From contig CM060733.1 in assembly GCA_030704615.1 (NCBI GenBank), forward strand, positions 48,794,001 through 48,858,000: 64,000 nucleotides of DNA, in the 5' to 3' direction. Both the position numbers and the translations under genes were made by a program. Positions 39,222-51,230 of this stretch are shown piece by piece; position 1 is the first letter of the stretch, and each line of letters starts with the position of its first letter. This DNA comes from Takakia lepidozioides. Taxonomy: Eukaryota > Plantae > Bryophyta. A model generated the notes under the pieces. That model made no database searches. It was not told the DNA's origin and saw only the letters and a program-made list of their open reading frames with translations.

Positions 39222-42200
39222 TATTGAAATCTGCAACAGCTGACAGCCAAGAAAACAAGACGATACCTATTTCCTTGCTTATTCAATAGACATAACAGTC
39301 ACAAATATGCTCAACGCAATTTTAGTATATACGCTTTTATACCATGAAAGCTATTGCTACAGATCTGCACTACTTGAGCCAAGATATCATGTGTCCTATC
39401 TTCACTCTTGTATCTTCATTCTATATCAAAGAATGCTCTAACTTACTCTGACATTGCAGCAGCAGGAAGAGTCAGATTACATAGCAGCGGCGAGAGAGAA
39501 AAAAACAGACTCCTCGAAGCATTCCTAAATGTACAGATGAAATCTGGTGACGCGGGAAACTTGACAACCGCGCGCCATTGCCAGCTCACTCTAGATCCAA
39601 AACAGGTCATTCCAATCGATCATGACAAATGTCCACCGGTTCGATCGATCAATATTTTCAATACTCCCATTCCAGTGGACATTGTATCTTCTCAGATCTC
39701 CCACACAATGGTCACTGGCACTAACCATCCCAAGAAGGCTTCGATAGCGATTGAACTTGTCAGGCGTGAGTGGTTTCGTGAGGATGTCAGCCAACTGGCT
39801 TTGAGTAGAAACATACGAAATGTCAATGTCCCCTTTCTCCTGATGCTCACGGCTTACATGATATTGAACATCAATATGCTTTGTGCCGTTTGTGAAATTC
39901 GGGATTGTGGACCAGACATATCGCACTTTGATTATCGCTGAAGAGAGGTGTAGGCTGGGACTGAGGAAAACCAAGTTCTTCGATCAGGTTTCGTGTCCAC
40001 ACAATTTCCTTCGTGGCAACATGAGCGGCTATGTATTCTGACTCAGTCGTGGATGTGGCGGTACATTGTTGTTTACTGTTCCCCACACAATCGGTCCATT
40101 GTTAAACATCAGGGACGCAACCACTTCTGGATTTCCTGTCATCTACATCACCCGCATAATCAGCGTCACAAAACGCGATTAAATTGTGTGGCCTGCTGCT
40201 CCCACTGTAAGTGAGTCTCAAATGAAGGGTCCCCTTAAGATATCTCATGATGCGTTTGATTGCTGCACAGTGGTTACGATTTGGGTGTGCGCAAAACTTT
40301 GCCGCATTGCTGACAGCGTAAGATATATCTGGCCTCGTCCCCGGACTTGCAAACATAAGACTCCCCACAATCTCTTGATAAGGGAAGGTTGCACTGTCAT
40401 CTTCCTCTCCTCCAGACATGCTCAGCTGAGTGTGTGGATCAGCAGGTGTAGATAATGGATTTACGTTTTCAAATCCATACTTGACAAGGATTTTCTTGAT
40501 GTACTTGGATTTATCGATGTACATGATGCGATGCTCCCGGATCCGGGTAATGTGTAATCCAACGTACACATCCACTGCATCTGACTTAGTTGTAAAGACT
40601 TGATTCATGGACTTGATCATGTGAGCCATCATCAACAAAAATCGTAACAATGAGTTTAGGCTCCCTCGTGCTTACATATACACGCGGATCTGCAGCTATT
40701 GGAGTGAGACTGTGTGTTATCAGAAAATCATCAAACGTGTTGTTCCAAACACGAGACGCTTGACCAAGTCCATAAAGGCTTTTCTGAAGTCTACAAACTT
40801 GATGCGCATTTTGTGTATCCTCGAACCCTTGTAGATCTCCTCTGCCAAATCGCCATACAAGAAAGCTGTCTTTATATCAAACTGTGCGATTTCTAGGTCA
40901 TCCGCAGTAGCAATGGACAGTACAGTTCGAACAGAGTCGAATTTCACCACAGGTGAAAACGTTTCATCATAGTCAATCCCATACTTTTGGGAGTATCCCT
41001 TTGCTACAAGCCGAGCCTTGAATCGCTCAATGGTACCATCTGCCTTGGTTTTGATCTTGTAAACCAATTTAGAATGTATGGCAGTTCTCCCCTTCGGAAG
41101 ATTAGTAAGGAACCAAGTCTTGTTCCGCATGAGTGAGACAAACTCTTCGTTCATTGCCTGTGTCCATTCTGCTCGTTGACTGGATTTCATGGCCTCTTGG
41201 TAGTCTTTGGGTTCTTCAGGAACAAGTTTGACTCAACTGCACATGCTACCGATCGATCTCCTTTTCGGGCTGATGGATATATCCATTCTCCATAGCGAAT
41301 TGTTGGATTGTATGATCTTTGTGGCCGTCTTTGAATCTCCTGAGCATCAAGCTCTTCTCCCTGAAAAGGTGCATGTACCTGGATCGTTGTAGCAATCGGC
41401 TGAACAATTTAGGCAGGAATCGCATTTTCAGTTTGTACAGACGCAAGTGCTGGATCATCTGTGAATGTAGAGAGTTGTACATCTGAACTTGGTGCTACAG
41501 GCTCAACTTGTCTATGAGCTAGACTTTGCTCAACAGTGTCGTTGTGTTCATCAAACAGTACATCATTGAGTTCAGAAAGCTGTACACCTGAAATTGGTGC
41601 TACAGGCTCAATCTGTAGGTGAGCTAGTTGCTCAGCAGTGCCGTTGTGTTCATCAAACAGTACATCGTTGAGTTCAGAAAGCTGTACACCTGAAATTGGT
41701 GCTACAGGCTCAATCTGTAAGTGAGCTAGTTGCTATACAGTGTCGTTGTGTTCGTCAAACAATACATCCCTGCTCACAACAATCTTGGAGGAGGCTGCAT
41801 CCCAAAGGCGATATGCTTTGCTGACGTCACTGTAACCAACAAATATGCATATCTTGCTTTTAGCATCTAGTTTTGAACGCAAAGCTTTTGGAATGTACAC
41901 ATAAGCAGCACAACCAAAAATTCGAAAGTGAGCCACAGATGGACGCTTGTCAGTCCAATGGCCCTATCGGTGGTTCTTTCACCTAGATCATTGAGCTGAG
42001 ATGCCATGGACTCTATGGCACTAACATGTGTTGCGATGTCGTCTCCATCTTTCATCTTATAATCAAAAAATCTTTGCTGCAACACGTGAATGTTCTCACT
42101 CGTTCTTTGCTCATGAATTGTGACTAGTCTGCTCCACATTGAGGCTACCGTTTCACAATTTATTATCTGCTGTAAATACTTCTTGTCAAGAGCTGTGCAC

Positions 42201-42881
42201 AGATACATAGTGGCTAGGTTATTCCGATCCTCCCACTCTTCATCGCTCACTGCATTGTCTCTCGTCTCTACTCCAGTGACTATGCCCATAAGCTTCTTTG
42301 CTTTGAAGATGACTTGCATCTGAAATTTCCATAGCTGGAAATTTTGCCCGTTGAACTTCTTTATATTCCCTAACTCTCTGACCTCTAGTCCACGACTCAT
42401 CGTAATCTATTCTTCCTCAACAGGATGTGGGCCCATAACCTATTGAAATCCGCAACATCTGACAGCCAAGAAAACAAGACGACACCTATTTCCTTGCTTA
42501 TTCAATAGACATAACAGTCACAAATATGCTCAACGCAATTTTAGTATATACGCTTTTATTCCATGAAAGCTATTGCTACAGATCTGCACTACTTGAGCCA
42601 AGATATCATGTGTCCTATCTTCACTCTTGTATCTTCATTCTATATCAAAGAATGCTCTAACTTACTCTGACATTGCAGCGGCAAGAAGAGACAGGTTACA
42701 TAGCAGCGGCGAGAGAGAAAAAACAGACTCCTCGAAGCAATTCCTAAATGTACAGATGAAATCTGGTGACGCGGGAAACTTGACAACCGCGCCCATTGCC
42801 AGCTCACTCTAGATCCAAAACAGGTCATTCCAATCGATCATGACAAATGTCCACCGGTTCGATCGATCAATATTTTCAATA
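39222..42881 (-). mobile_element. Ty1/Copia LTR retrotransposon, internally deleted (gag fragment, SH3, RT, RNase H)
   Basis: LTRs 39222-39663 and 42441-42881 with TA..TA ends; TSD ATAAA; PBS GGTTATGGGCCCA; RFKARLVAKGYSQ, QFDIKTAFL, DADYAGD and KHIDV motifs; protease and integrase core missing. Confidence 0.95.
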
Positions 42882-44870
42882 ATAAAATGGTGTCTGCACT
42901 CAGTTGGTCCTTACTAGATGGCCTTCCAGCATCCTTGGTATTTTGATCTTCATTGTCGCCCTCACCCTTACTTCTCCCCTCTCCTTCATGTTTCCCAGTG
43001 CTTGGCTACATCCGGTGTGTCTATCAGCCTTTCCATTGAAATCCTGCAATTGATCGTGTGGTACAACCTACACTATACACAAACGAAGAGGGTCTGAATA
43101 TTGCCGGGGAGACTGGAGCTGACAAAGTACATTCTAATATATATATGCTGTGACACGAATACAAAACTTTACACCCAATACGGTCTTCTCTCTAGCTACC
43201 TGCTGAAGACAAATTATTTGAATTTAATTTGTGTGGAATGTGTCATTTTCCAGGGTGGGTGTAATTAGGAATCACAACGGTGCTACGTGGTTTCTGACAG
43301 TTATCAGAATCACTTGGTTGAAACCATGTAGTTGCCCATGGACCGAACACTCTCAGGTTCTATATTCTCCTTCACCGTGGCATACCGTAGCCGTTCCAGA
43401 CCATTCATCCTGTAAAAAGCCACAATCATAAGCATGATTGCCAACTTGAACAAGTGCAAGTTTATGCCGCGATGTGTGAGGATAAGGTGTTAGATATTTG
43501 ATTGATATTGAGAAAGCTGCACGAAGCAGCAGTAAGCAAAGTTGAACTAGTTACAAAACAGACATACACTTTCTGTGTGAACTCATAGCCTTTCACACCT
43601 TGCCAAGGTGAACACCAACCCATCCCCTCCTCACAATTTGCTTATATATGAACGCAGTATGTTCTAAGCTGACTAAACATTTCGGCGTCGCACGATGCAT
43701 GCTCGGTGCATGTAGAAGAAATTCATCAAGGGTACAAGGCACTTTTAAAAGAAAGGCCTTGACATCTGGCCTTTGTCATACATGACTGCCGTTTACATTT
43801 TTTCGAGGCTGCCCTTTTGGTCACGGCGAGGTATTTGATCACTGATGTTTACCAACAAATGCACAAAAATGTGAGTTGTGCACTGCACCTTCACGGAAAA
43901 CATGCTATCTTGCAACCCTTTATGTGTGTGTGTGTGAGTGTGTGTGCAAGATTCCTGATCACACTCGCACACATTGCCCCAAACGCAGTGGCGACATTGT
44001 AATTTACACTATGCTGTTGTATAATCAGTGCTGCCATCAATCTGCTTGCAAAAAGCAAAAATATTGAATTTATGGGGAGCATACTCATATGTTGGAAAAT
44101 CACTTGCGTATGGTTGGGCTAGGGATTGAACCTAGGACCTCCCCCATTCCGGTGGGGTGCTCTAGCACTGAGCTACCCGTCCCGTTCTATTCTTAAAGTG
44201 CCATGCAAGGGCTACCGGGGCTTCGCATTGCTCCGCACTACTAGCGACAAATTCTGAGAACTAAGTTCAATTTTTCACAAAAAAGGGGTGGGTCATCCCC
44301 ACGGTGTTACATGCAGATCCCGTGTTTTGTTTTTTCAGCAAGAAAAATGGCGGATCTGCATTTCAATGTTCAATTTTCACAAACCGCATCAATCAATAAC
44401 AACATACCCAAATACCCTTACATTCACTATATGAACTTTCAAGCATCCACCGTGGGATTGGATCTTGGTGGGTTAAGGCTAGCTTTTGACAATATTCATG
44501 CAAGTTCGTCAAGGGCTCCATCCAAAGCCACACCACGAGAAACAAACAAACATGTCCAAATTTAAGATGCTGAACAAACTTATGCACATGACTGCCCCTC
44601 TCATCAAGCTCATTAAAATTCGTATTCACTTCCATCTTCAAGCTTTGGAGAAGCTCCACCACCCAAACCCAGAATTAGGACAGCACTCTGATTTTCATCC
44701 AGTGTCACCAGAATCAGTCAAAAATCACCCCTTCAGTCAAGTGCAATTGTGGGCTGACTTCCTACCTATGCCGGGTAGACCCCACTATCAGGAATTGGTG
44801 GATGGTCTGAGTAGCTACACAGATCAATGAATGAAGCAAGACACTAGCATCTTTCCAAGAAAACATCCTT

Positions 44871-45070
44871 TCACCAGTAATCACCACAAAAACAAATCCC
44901 ATCTTCAAAGTGGTGGAAAGTAGTTAGCGTCCCATACGACAATTGCTCGGCCAACAATCTTTGAGATGAATTTGGTGGAGGTGTGGCAGTCTCCACACAC
45001 TCGAAGATTCTTGATGAGTCGTGCTGATCAGCCCAAAACCAATGACCAGCTTCTCACTGTGGTGGCTAGT
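44871..45070 (-). pseudogene. DYW deaminase C-terminal fragment
   Basis: [45 protein letters not shown]-stop, with a deletion and a frameshift. Confidence 0.9.
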
Positions 45071-45254
45071 TATTGCTGATGTGGCAGCAGGAAAGTATCC
45101 AAAAACAGATAACATGGATGAGGGGAAGGCGCCTTCTTCAACACATTTCACCTTGTTTTTCCCTCTTATCAGAATCTGCCCTACATTTGGTACAATTCCA
45201 GCTCTGAAGATGTCACCATGGATTCTGCAAGTTAGCTGATTGAGTGAACCTAAG

Positions 45255-47260
45255 TTGCATGAGAAGTTTGTCTGGGGCAGATGAAGGAGGCGGGATATGT
45301 TCCTGACACGCGCTTTGTATTACATGATGTGGGGGAGGAGGAAAAGGAATTTTCTCTTTGCCACCATAGTGAGAAGCTGACCATTGGTTTTGGGCTGATC
45401 AGCACGACCCCTAGGACGCCTCTCCCTCTCATCAAGAATCTTCAAGTGTGTGGTGACTGCCACACCTCCACCAAAGTCATCTCAAAGATTGTGGGCCGAG
45501 CAATTATTGTACGGGATTTCCTGAGAGTATTGACCATCATGTATTGTTGAGTGCATTTCCTATGGCATATCCACAGGAAATGATAGTGGGGTGTGGGAGC
45601 ATTGAGGATGTGAAGGCAGTGTTCAACAATATGGCTGAATAAAATGTGGTGTCATGGACCGCGATGCTTGCAGGGTATGCACAGCAGGAGCGCGGGACGG
45701 AGGCTTTGGAGACCTATGAGCAAATGATGGTGGAAGGGGTGAAGCCCGACCACATCACATCTGTGGGTTTGCAAGCCTGGCAGCCCTAGAAAAGGGCAAA
45801 GAGGTGCAAGGTGACATCGTCAAAGCTGGAATTGTACCAGATGTCATTGTGAACACTACCCTGGTGGACATGTATGCCAAACGTGGGTGCATTAAGGATG
45901 CAAAGGGAGTTTTCAACACTATGGCTGAACGAGATGTGGTGTCATTGAAGATGATGCTTGCAGGGTATCCACAGCAGGGACGTGGTATGGGGGCTTTGGA
46001 GATCTATGATCAGATGATGGGGCAAGGGGTGAAGCCCAACCACATCACGTTTCTATGCATTAGCAATGCGTGTGCAAGCCTGGCAGCTCTGGAAAAGGGC
46101 GAAAGAGGTCCATGGCGACATGGTCAGAGCTGCAGTTGTACCAAATGTCATTCTGAACAATACCCTCGTGGACATGTATGTAGGGAGTGTTCGACAGTAT
46201 GGCTGAACGAGATGTGGTGTCATGGAGTGCGATGATTGTAGGATATGCACAGCAAGAGCGCGGGATGGAGGCTTTGGAGACCTATGAGCAAATGATGTGC
46301 GAAGGGGGTGAAGCCCAACTACATGACGTTTGTTTGCATTTGCAATGCGTGTGCAAGCCTGGCAGCCCTGGAAAAGTGCAAAGAGGTCCATGGTGACATT
46401 ATCAAATCTGGAATTGTACCCGATGTCATTCTGAACACTGCCCTGGTGGACATGTATGTCAAATGTGCGTGCATCGAGGATGCAAATTGAGTGTTTGACA
46501 GTATTGATGAATGTGATGTGGTGTTGTTTAGTGTGATGATTGCAAGATATGCACAGCAAGGGTGCGGGATGGAGGCTTTGGAGACCTATGAGCAAATGAT
46601 TTGCGAAGGGGTGAAAACCAACCACATCACATTTGTTTGTCTTTGCAATGCGTGTGCAAGCCTGAGAACTCTGGAAAAGGGGAAAGAGGTCCATGGTGAC
46701 ATCGTCAAAGCTGGAATTGTACCTGATGTCATCATGTGGTGTCGTGGAACGCGATGCTTGCAGGGGTATGCACAGCAGGGGCGTGGGATGGAGGTTTTGG
46801 AGACCTATGAGCAAATGATGGGGGAAGGGGTGAAGCCACATCACGTTTGTGTGCGTTTGCAGTTCGTGTGCAAGTCTGGCAGCCCTGGAAAAGGGCAAAG
46901 AGGTACATGGTTGCATCGCCAAAGCTGGAATTGTACCAGATGTGATTCTGAACAATACCCTCGTGGACATGTATGCCAAATGTGGGTGCATCAAGGATGC
47001 AAAGGGAGTGTTCAACAGTATGGCTGAACGAGATTTGGTGCTATATCAAACATCTATGCTGCAGCTGGCAGGTGGGATAATACTGCAAAGGTGAGAAGAA
47101 TGATGAAGGTCAGAGGGGTTAGAAAGGAGCCAGATGACAAGTTGCATCCCAGAATTAAGGAAATCCATGCTGAGCTGAGAAGATTGTCTGGGCAGATGAA
47201 GGAGGCGGGGTATGTGCCTGACACACACTTTTCATTGCATGATGTGGAGGAAAGGAATTT
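45255..47260 (+). pseudogene. Scrambled DYW fragment, PLS PPR repeats and E/DYW fragment
   Basis: 45281-45520 [20 protein letters not shown] precedes the PPR repeats at 45590-47040; SNIYAAAGRWD..RGVRKEP then HP..GYVPDT at 47045-47230. Confidence 0.9.
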
Positions 47261-47626
47261 TCTCTAACATGAGGAAGAAACAAGAAACGCACAACAAAAT
47301 GGGAGCACGCAATCCGGGCAATTCCAAAACAAATTGGCCCTTTGGGATTTTTCGCGCGGGCCGTCCGGGCAGATTCCAAAGAAATTGACGACGACGATGA
47401 CGTGTCTACGATGACCTGGCTACGATGACGTGGCGACGAAACGTGGCACTATGGCACCCTATTCCTGCTCTACGCTAAACTAGCTTCCGACCTTCGGTCG
47501 TCGCTAGAATAACCTCGACACTCCAACCCTCCCCCTCAAGGCATAGCCCTTATAGCTAATGCCCACCCATTCTGACCAAACGCCCCAACCTTGGCTCCGA
47601 TACCATGTTGGAAAACCACTGGCATA

Positions 47627-47698
47627 TGGTCGGGCTAGGGATTGAACCTAGGACCTCCCCCATTCTGATGGGGTGCTCTAGCACTGAGCTACCCATCC
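47627..47698 (-). ncRNA. tRNA-derived sequence inside the TRIM LTR (second copy at ~44111-44182); not a functional tRNA gene
   Basis: GGATGGG-TA-GCTC AGTGCTA GAGC-A-CCCCA..GGGG-AGGTC-CTAGG TTCAATC CCTAG-CCCGACC-A; A and B boxes present; anticodon loop irregular and differs between the copies. Confidence 0.8.
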
Positions 47699-47900
47699 AT
47701 TTTGTTCTCAAAGTGCCTGCAAGGGCTATAACCTTGACACTCCAACATCATATCCCACTGAGGTGCACGACTCTCCATAGCCGTATCCCTGCACCAAGTT
47801 CCCGTTGTCGTTGCCTAAATACGTGTTGAGATCTAGTTTCCCGGTCCACAACTCCCCATGCCTACTGAGGGCGCTGTCGGCTACGAGAAGAGTATTCCCA

Positions 47901-49902
47901 TTAACAGTAATTCCACTCCAATCTCCCGTCATTGTTGGCGACATTGTAATTTACATTGTAATGTGTTGGAAGCAGATCAATGCCATCAACAGCCCAGCAA
48001 TCAGCAAGAACCCTGAAAGGATCCTGATTCATAGTAGTGTACACATATGCCCCTAAGGACCTGCACGACTGTGCATAGCCGGATCCCCGCACCAAAGAAC
48101 CGTTGTCGTTGCCTAAATAGGTGTCGAGATCAATTGAAGTGTCTATTGACTGCAAATCCGAATTCTCTCTTTGGCAGACGCCTGATAGGATGGTCCGGTC
48201 AAGTTTTACACACGAGCAAGTTGCAACAAAACCACCACACTGTTTTGAACGGTCATGCCACAACATACACACACATCCATGAATTAATCATCTGTATCTT
48301 CGTCGGTTGGAAATTGGACAATAAATGCATAATCCAAATTTCGATACATGTCCAGAGCATATTGTCATTGCAACAGCAAACTTCATCCAAATCCACGAGT
48401 AGTAGGCGGGTACGAGTTCGAAAAATTTGAACAAAAAGTGAAATTTGATTGAAAAAAAAAATGTGCGGCCAGAGGTATCTACCAATGTTGGACCGGTATA
48501 TAGGTCCAACCCGGGTATCAATACTGGTATCGAAACTTGTAGGTAATACCATACCAGACTGGTAGGTAAGGTGGCCAATACCCCGGGCAATACCATACTA
48601 GGGGCAATACGACCTCGCTCCATACTGCGGTCTATACCATACCTGTCTGGTATCACAATGAAGGATATTGCTATTGATACCAGTGTTGCTGCAATTTGAG
48701 CTCCCAAACAGCAATAGGTGTATGTGTGGAGTTAGGGCAAGGGAATTATTCCGTTCAATTAAAAAGGCATGCAAACTTTGGGGTGGGTGTGGATCAGTGC
48801 TGAAATAGCTAAGGGAAGTTCTTTGCTTCAAATGTAAATTGGAGGTAAAGGAACTATGCATGTCATTGAATGTTACAGTTACTGGTGCCCAGTCTGAGCA
48901 CAACATGAGGCAATAATCACAATTCAAGTATGTTTGGGGGCTCAATTCTGGGGTTTCTTTTTTTTAAGTAGTCTATCTCTGGTCTTGAGTAGGATCGGTG
49001 AAGGTCAATTTTTATTTTCAGTGTGAAGGTTTTTTTTTTTTTTTTTCAGGTTATTGAATATTCTCTTGAATATTCAAATTATTCTATATACCTAACCTGG
49101 GCAGTATTCATATTCCCCCCATATGAGATGAAAAAAAAACCAATATTGATACCCTACTACTATACATCCACAAAATTTCATTATTGTTCATATTCCTATA
49201 CCCTACCCGGCCCCCTTACCCCAATACTGGGACCATACCAGTCTTGGGAGATATAGGCCTTTGTGATACCAGGACCAGTCTGGTATCATATTTTTGTGAT
49301 ACCAGTCCAACACTGGTATCTACTAGTGTTGCACGGATATTTGATAGTTTTTATATCAGCCGGTTATAGATGTCTGACTTTAACCTGATACCTGAAGAAC
49401 CATAATCTATATCTATGACTCTCAACTCCAAAAGCACCCACAACAATGGACAGGATGATTATTGAGAATCTACTACAAGACATGAAGATGACTGCAAAAT
49501 CTTGCCATGGAAGCACCGTACTAAAATTCACCAACGAAAAGTATTTTGATCAGCAAGTAGCTGCCGAAGACTGAAAGATGAGGAGCACTGGACAATCACA
49601 AGTTCGTGGAGCATATTAGAACTCCAAACGTACGATAAGCAATAATAATGATTCATAGTTCATTAATTTACACTGGTACTAGTCAAAGATCAACAACACA
49701 TAACACACAAGTTAACATGGGCTTCCTCCCCTTTCACTTGGAAAAAGAAAAAGAAAAACACACACACACACACACACATGAGGGAGGATGTAACAATTTT
49801 CAACTTTTGGAGACGCTTACTCACTTGTGCTTGGGCTCTATTGAGCATTGCCGACATAAAGAGCAAAGCTAGAACCGCCATCTTCTGCCATGAATTAGCC
49901 AT
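47901..49902 (-). CDS. Secreted cyanovirin-N homolog (CVNH lectin), exons 49902-49825 and 48239-47901, 138 aa
   Basis: Signal peptide MANSWQKMAVLALLFMSAMLNRAQAQ, phase-0 GT-AG intron, then FVATC..LSGVC..TSIDLDTYLGNDNGSL..YAQSC..LADC..VANNDGRLEW. Confidence 0.87.
48483..49315. mobile_element. Non-autonomous hAT element (MITE) in the CVNH intron
   Basis: TIRs CAATGTTGGACCGGTAT / ATACCAGTCCAACACTG; 8-bp TSD GTATCTAC at 48475-48482 and 49316-49323. Confidence 0.9.
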
Positions 49903-50344
49903 GATATTGATCTTTGTTAGGAGCTCACGTCGAGGAACGACATTATGATTGGCAGACCTGCAAACTTGAGTACTGTGAATGACGATGGAGTGTCCCCAGT
50001 ATCATGCTTTTTTATAATGGCCAGCCAGTTCCATAGTATTGGAATATTCACTTAATTCTAATATCCGTCCGTTCTTAATGATAGTATGATTCTTTCTTTG
50101 TGGACGGGTATTCCCATCATAATACCAGCCAGTTATAAACCCGGATATAAATAATTAAAATTGAAATAACCAAAAAATCATTAATATTCCTTTAATTAAG
50201 AAGCATACTTCACAAAGTAAATATTTTTTTGCAAAATTCAAACTTTGCATTATATAATAATGTTGCGGAATTTAGTACGCAAAGTGAAGCTAGCTTTGTT
50301 AAAAGAAAACTGATTGTAAGCCTGATTGTCAAACATGCCAGCAT

Positions 50345-50520
50345 CTACAATGAGGTCCTCCTTGCATTGTCTTCTGCCAAAAAGAAATCCTTCATCCCTT
50401 GCTCAACCACCTTGCAATGCATCAGCACGCCATCCAGCCCATTCTTTAAAATTAGCACTAATTGGTCGAGGTTGTCAATGCCAAGTCGACATTGCCGTAC
50501 CAGGGACGCTAAAGCATGAG
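50345..50520 (-). mobile_element. hAT transposase C-terminal (dimerisation) remnant
   Basis: LASLVRQCRLGIDNLDQLVLILKN resembles hAT C-terminal sequence; short and isolated. Confidence 0.45.
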
Positions 50521-50949
50521 CGGTGAGCCCACAATATAAATTATATATGATTATGAGCATGAATTGGTCGTCAAAACATTAAGAAATGGGATGTATTTCC
50601 GCCGGATTACTCTATAGCGACCCTATATCCGATAAAGCCAAAAAATGACAATTCAACAATGACAAAAAAAAAACACCATTTTAAGTAAATATGGACAAAA
50701 TGATGAAATCTGGACATCTGTTAAATAATTGTAAATAATTAATAAATTATGGAAAAAATACTATATTCAGTAAAAGTAAAATATGACGCCTCCCGAAGGG
50801 AACGTAACTTATGGTGTCACTTGACCCCGAAGGACTACTGCCTTCTGTTAGAGGACTACCGGGGACTTAGGCACTTTTATGAGTTCTGTGGGGTCTGAGA
50901 CTTAGACATTTTTATGGGTTCCAAAGGGTACCCTTATTTTTTACATAGA

Positions 50950-51230
50950 CCAGTCACAGCCCGTCACAGTCACACAGCCAGTCACAGCTTAACACAGCCG
51001 ACACAGCCCGTCACAGTCACACAGCCAGTCACAGCTTAACACAGCCGACACAGCCCGACACAGTCGCACAGCCAGTCACAGCTTAACACAGCCGACACAA
51101 CCCGACACAGTTGCACAGCCAGTCACAGCTCGACACAGCCCGACACAGCCCGACCCAGCCGCCACAGCTTCGCACAGCCCTACACAGCCCTACACAGCCT
51201 GATACAGCCAGTCACAGCTCGGCACAACTG
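50950..51230 (+). repeat. ACAGCC/GTCACAGC tandem array within the Gypsy LTRs (also 62285-62495)
   Basis: Visible 8-9 bp units with ~46-bp higher-order periodicity; copy number differs between the two LTRs. Confidence 0.9.

Larger units (their letters stand above)
44215..47509 (-). mobile_element. Non-autonomous Helitron-like element (copy A) carrying PPR/E/DYW fragments
   Basis: Inserted between A and T of the TRIM LTR with no TSD (gggcta|taacc is restored on removal); asymmetric inverted repeat CTAGCGAC near both ends; both termini recur elsewhere in the window. Confidence 0.75.
44090..47747 (-). mobile_element. TRIM (about 360 bp without nested insert) with a tRNA-like cloverleaf in each LTR
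   Basis: TSD TCATA (44085-44089, 47748-47752); LTR 47606-47747; second LTR split into 44090-44214 + 47510-47528; PBS TGGTATCGGAGC; PPT at 47529-47540; 77-bp internal region. Confidence 0.9.
43985..47900 (-). pseudogene. Second, partial CVNH copy split by the TRIM (47748-47900 and ~43985-44089)
   Basis: LDLNTYLGNDNGNLVQGYGYGESCTSVGY continues across the TSD as EYAPHKFNIFAFCKQIDG..VNYNVA, paralleling the intact copy. Confidence 0.75.

Noticed and set aside
17468-47509. One 30-kb TIR element bounded by the inverted ~140-bp repeats
   Set aside because: No TSD; the 47509 end is fully explained as the terminus of a 3.3-kb insert within the TRIM LTR, so these are independent copies.
47627-47698. 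Functional tRNA gene
   Set aside because: Irregular anticodon arm, acceptor-stem mismatch, and present in both LTRs of a TRIM.
50950-51230. CRISPR-like array
   Set aside because: No unique spacers; it is a simple tandem repeat duplicated in both LTRs.
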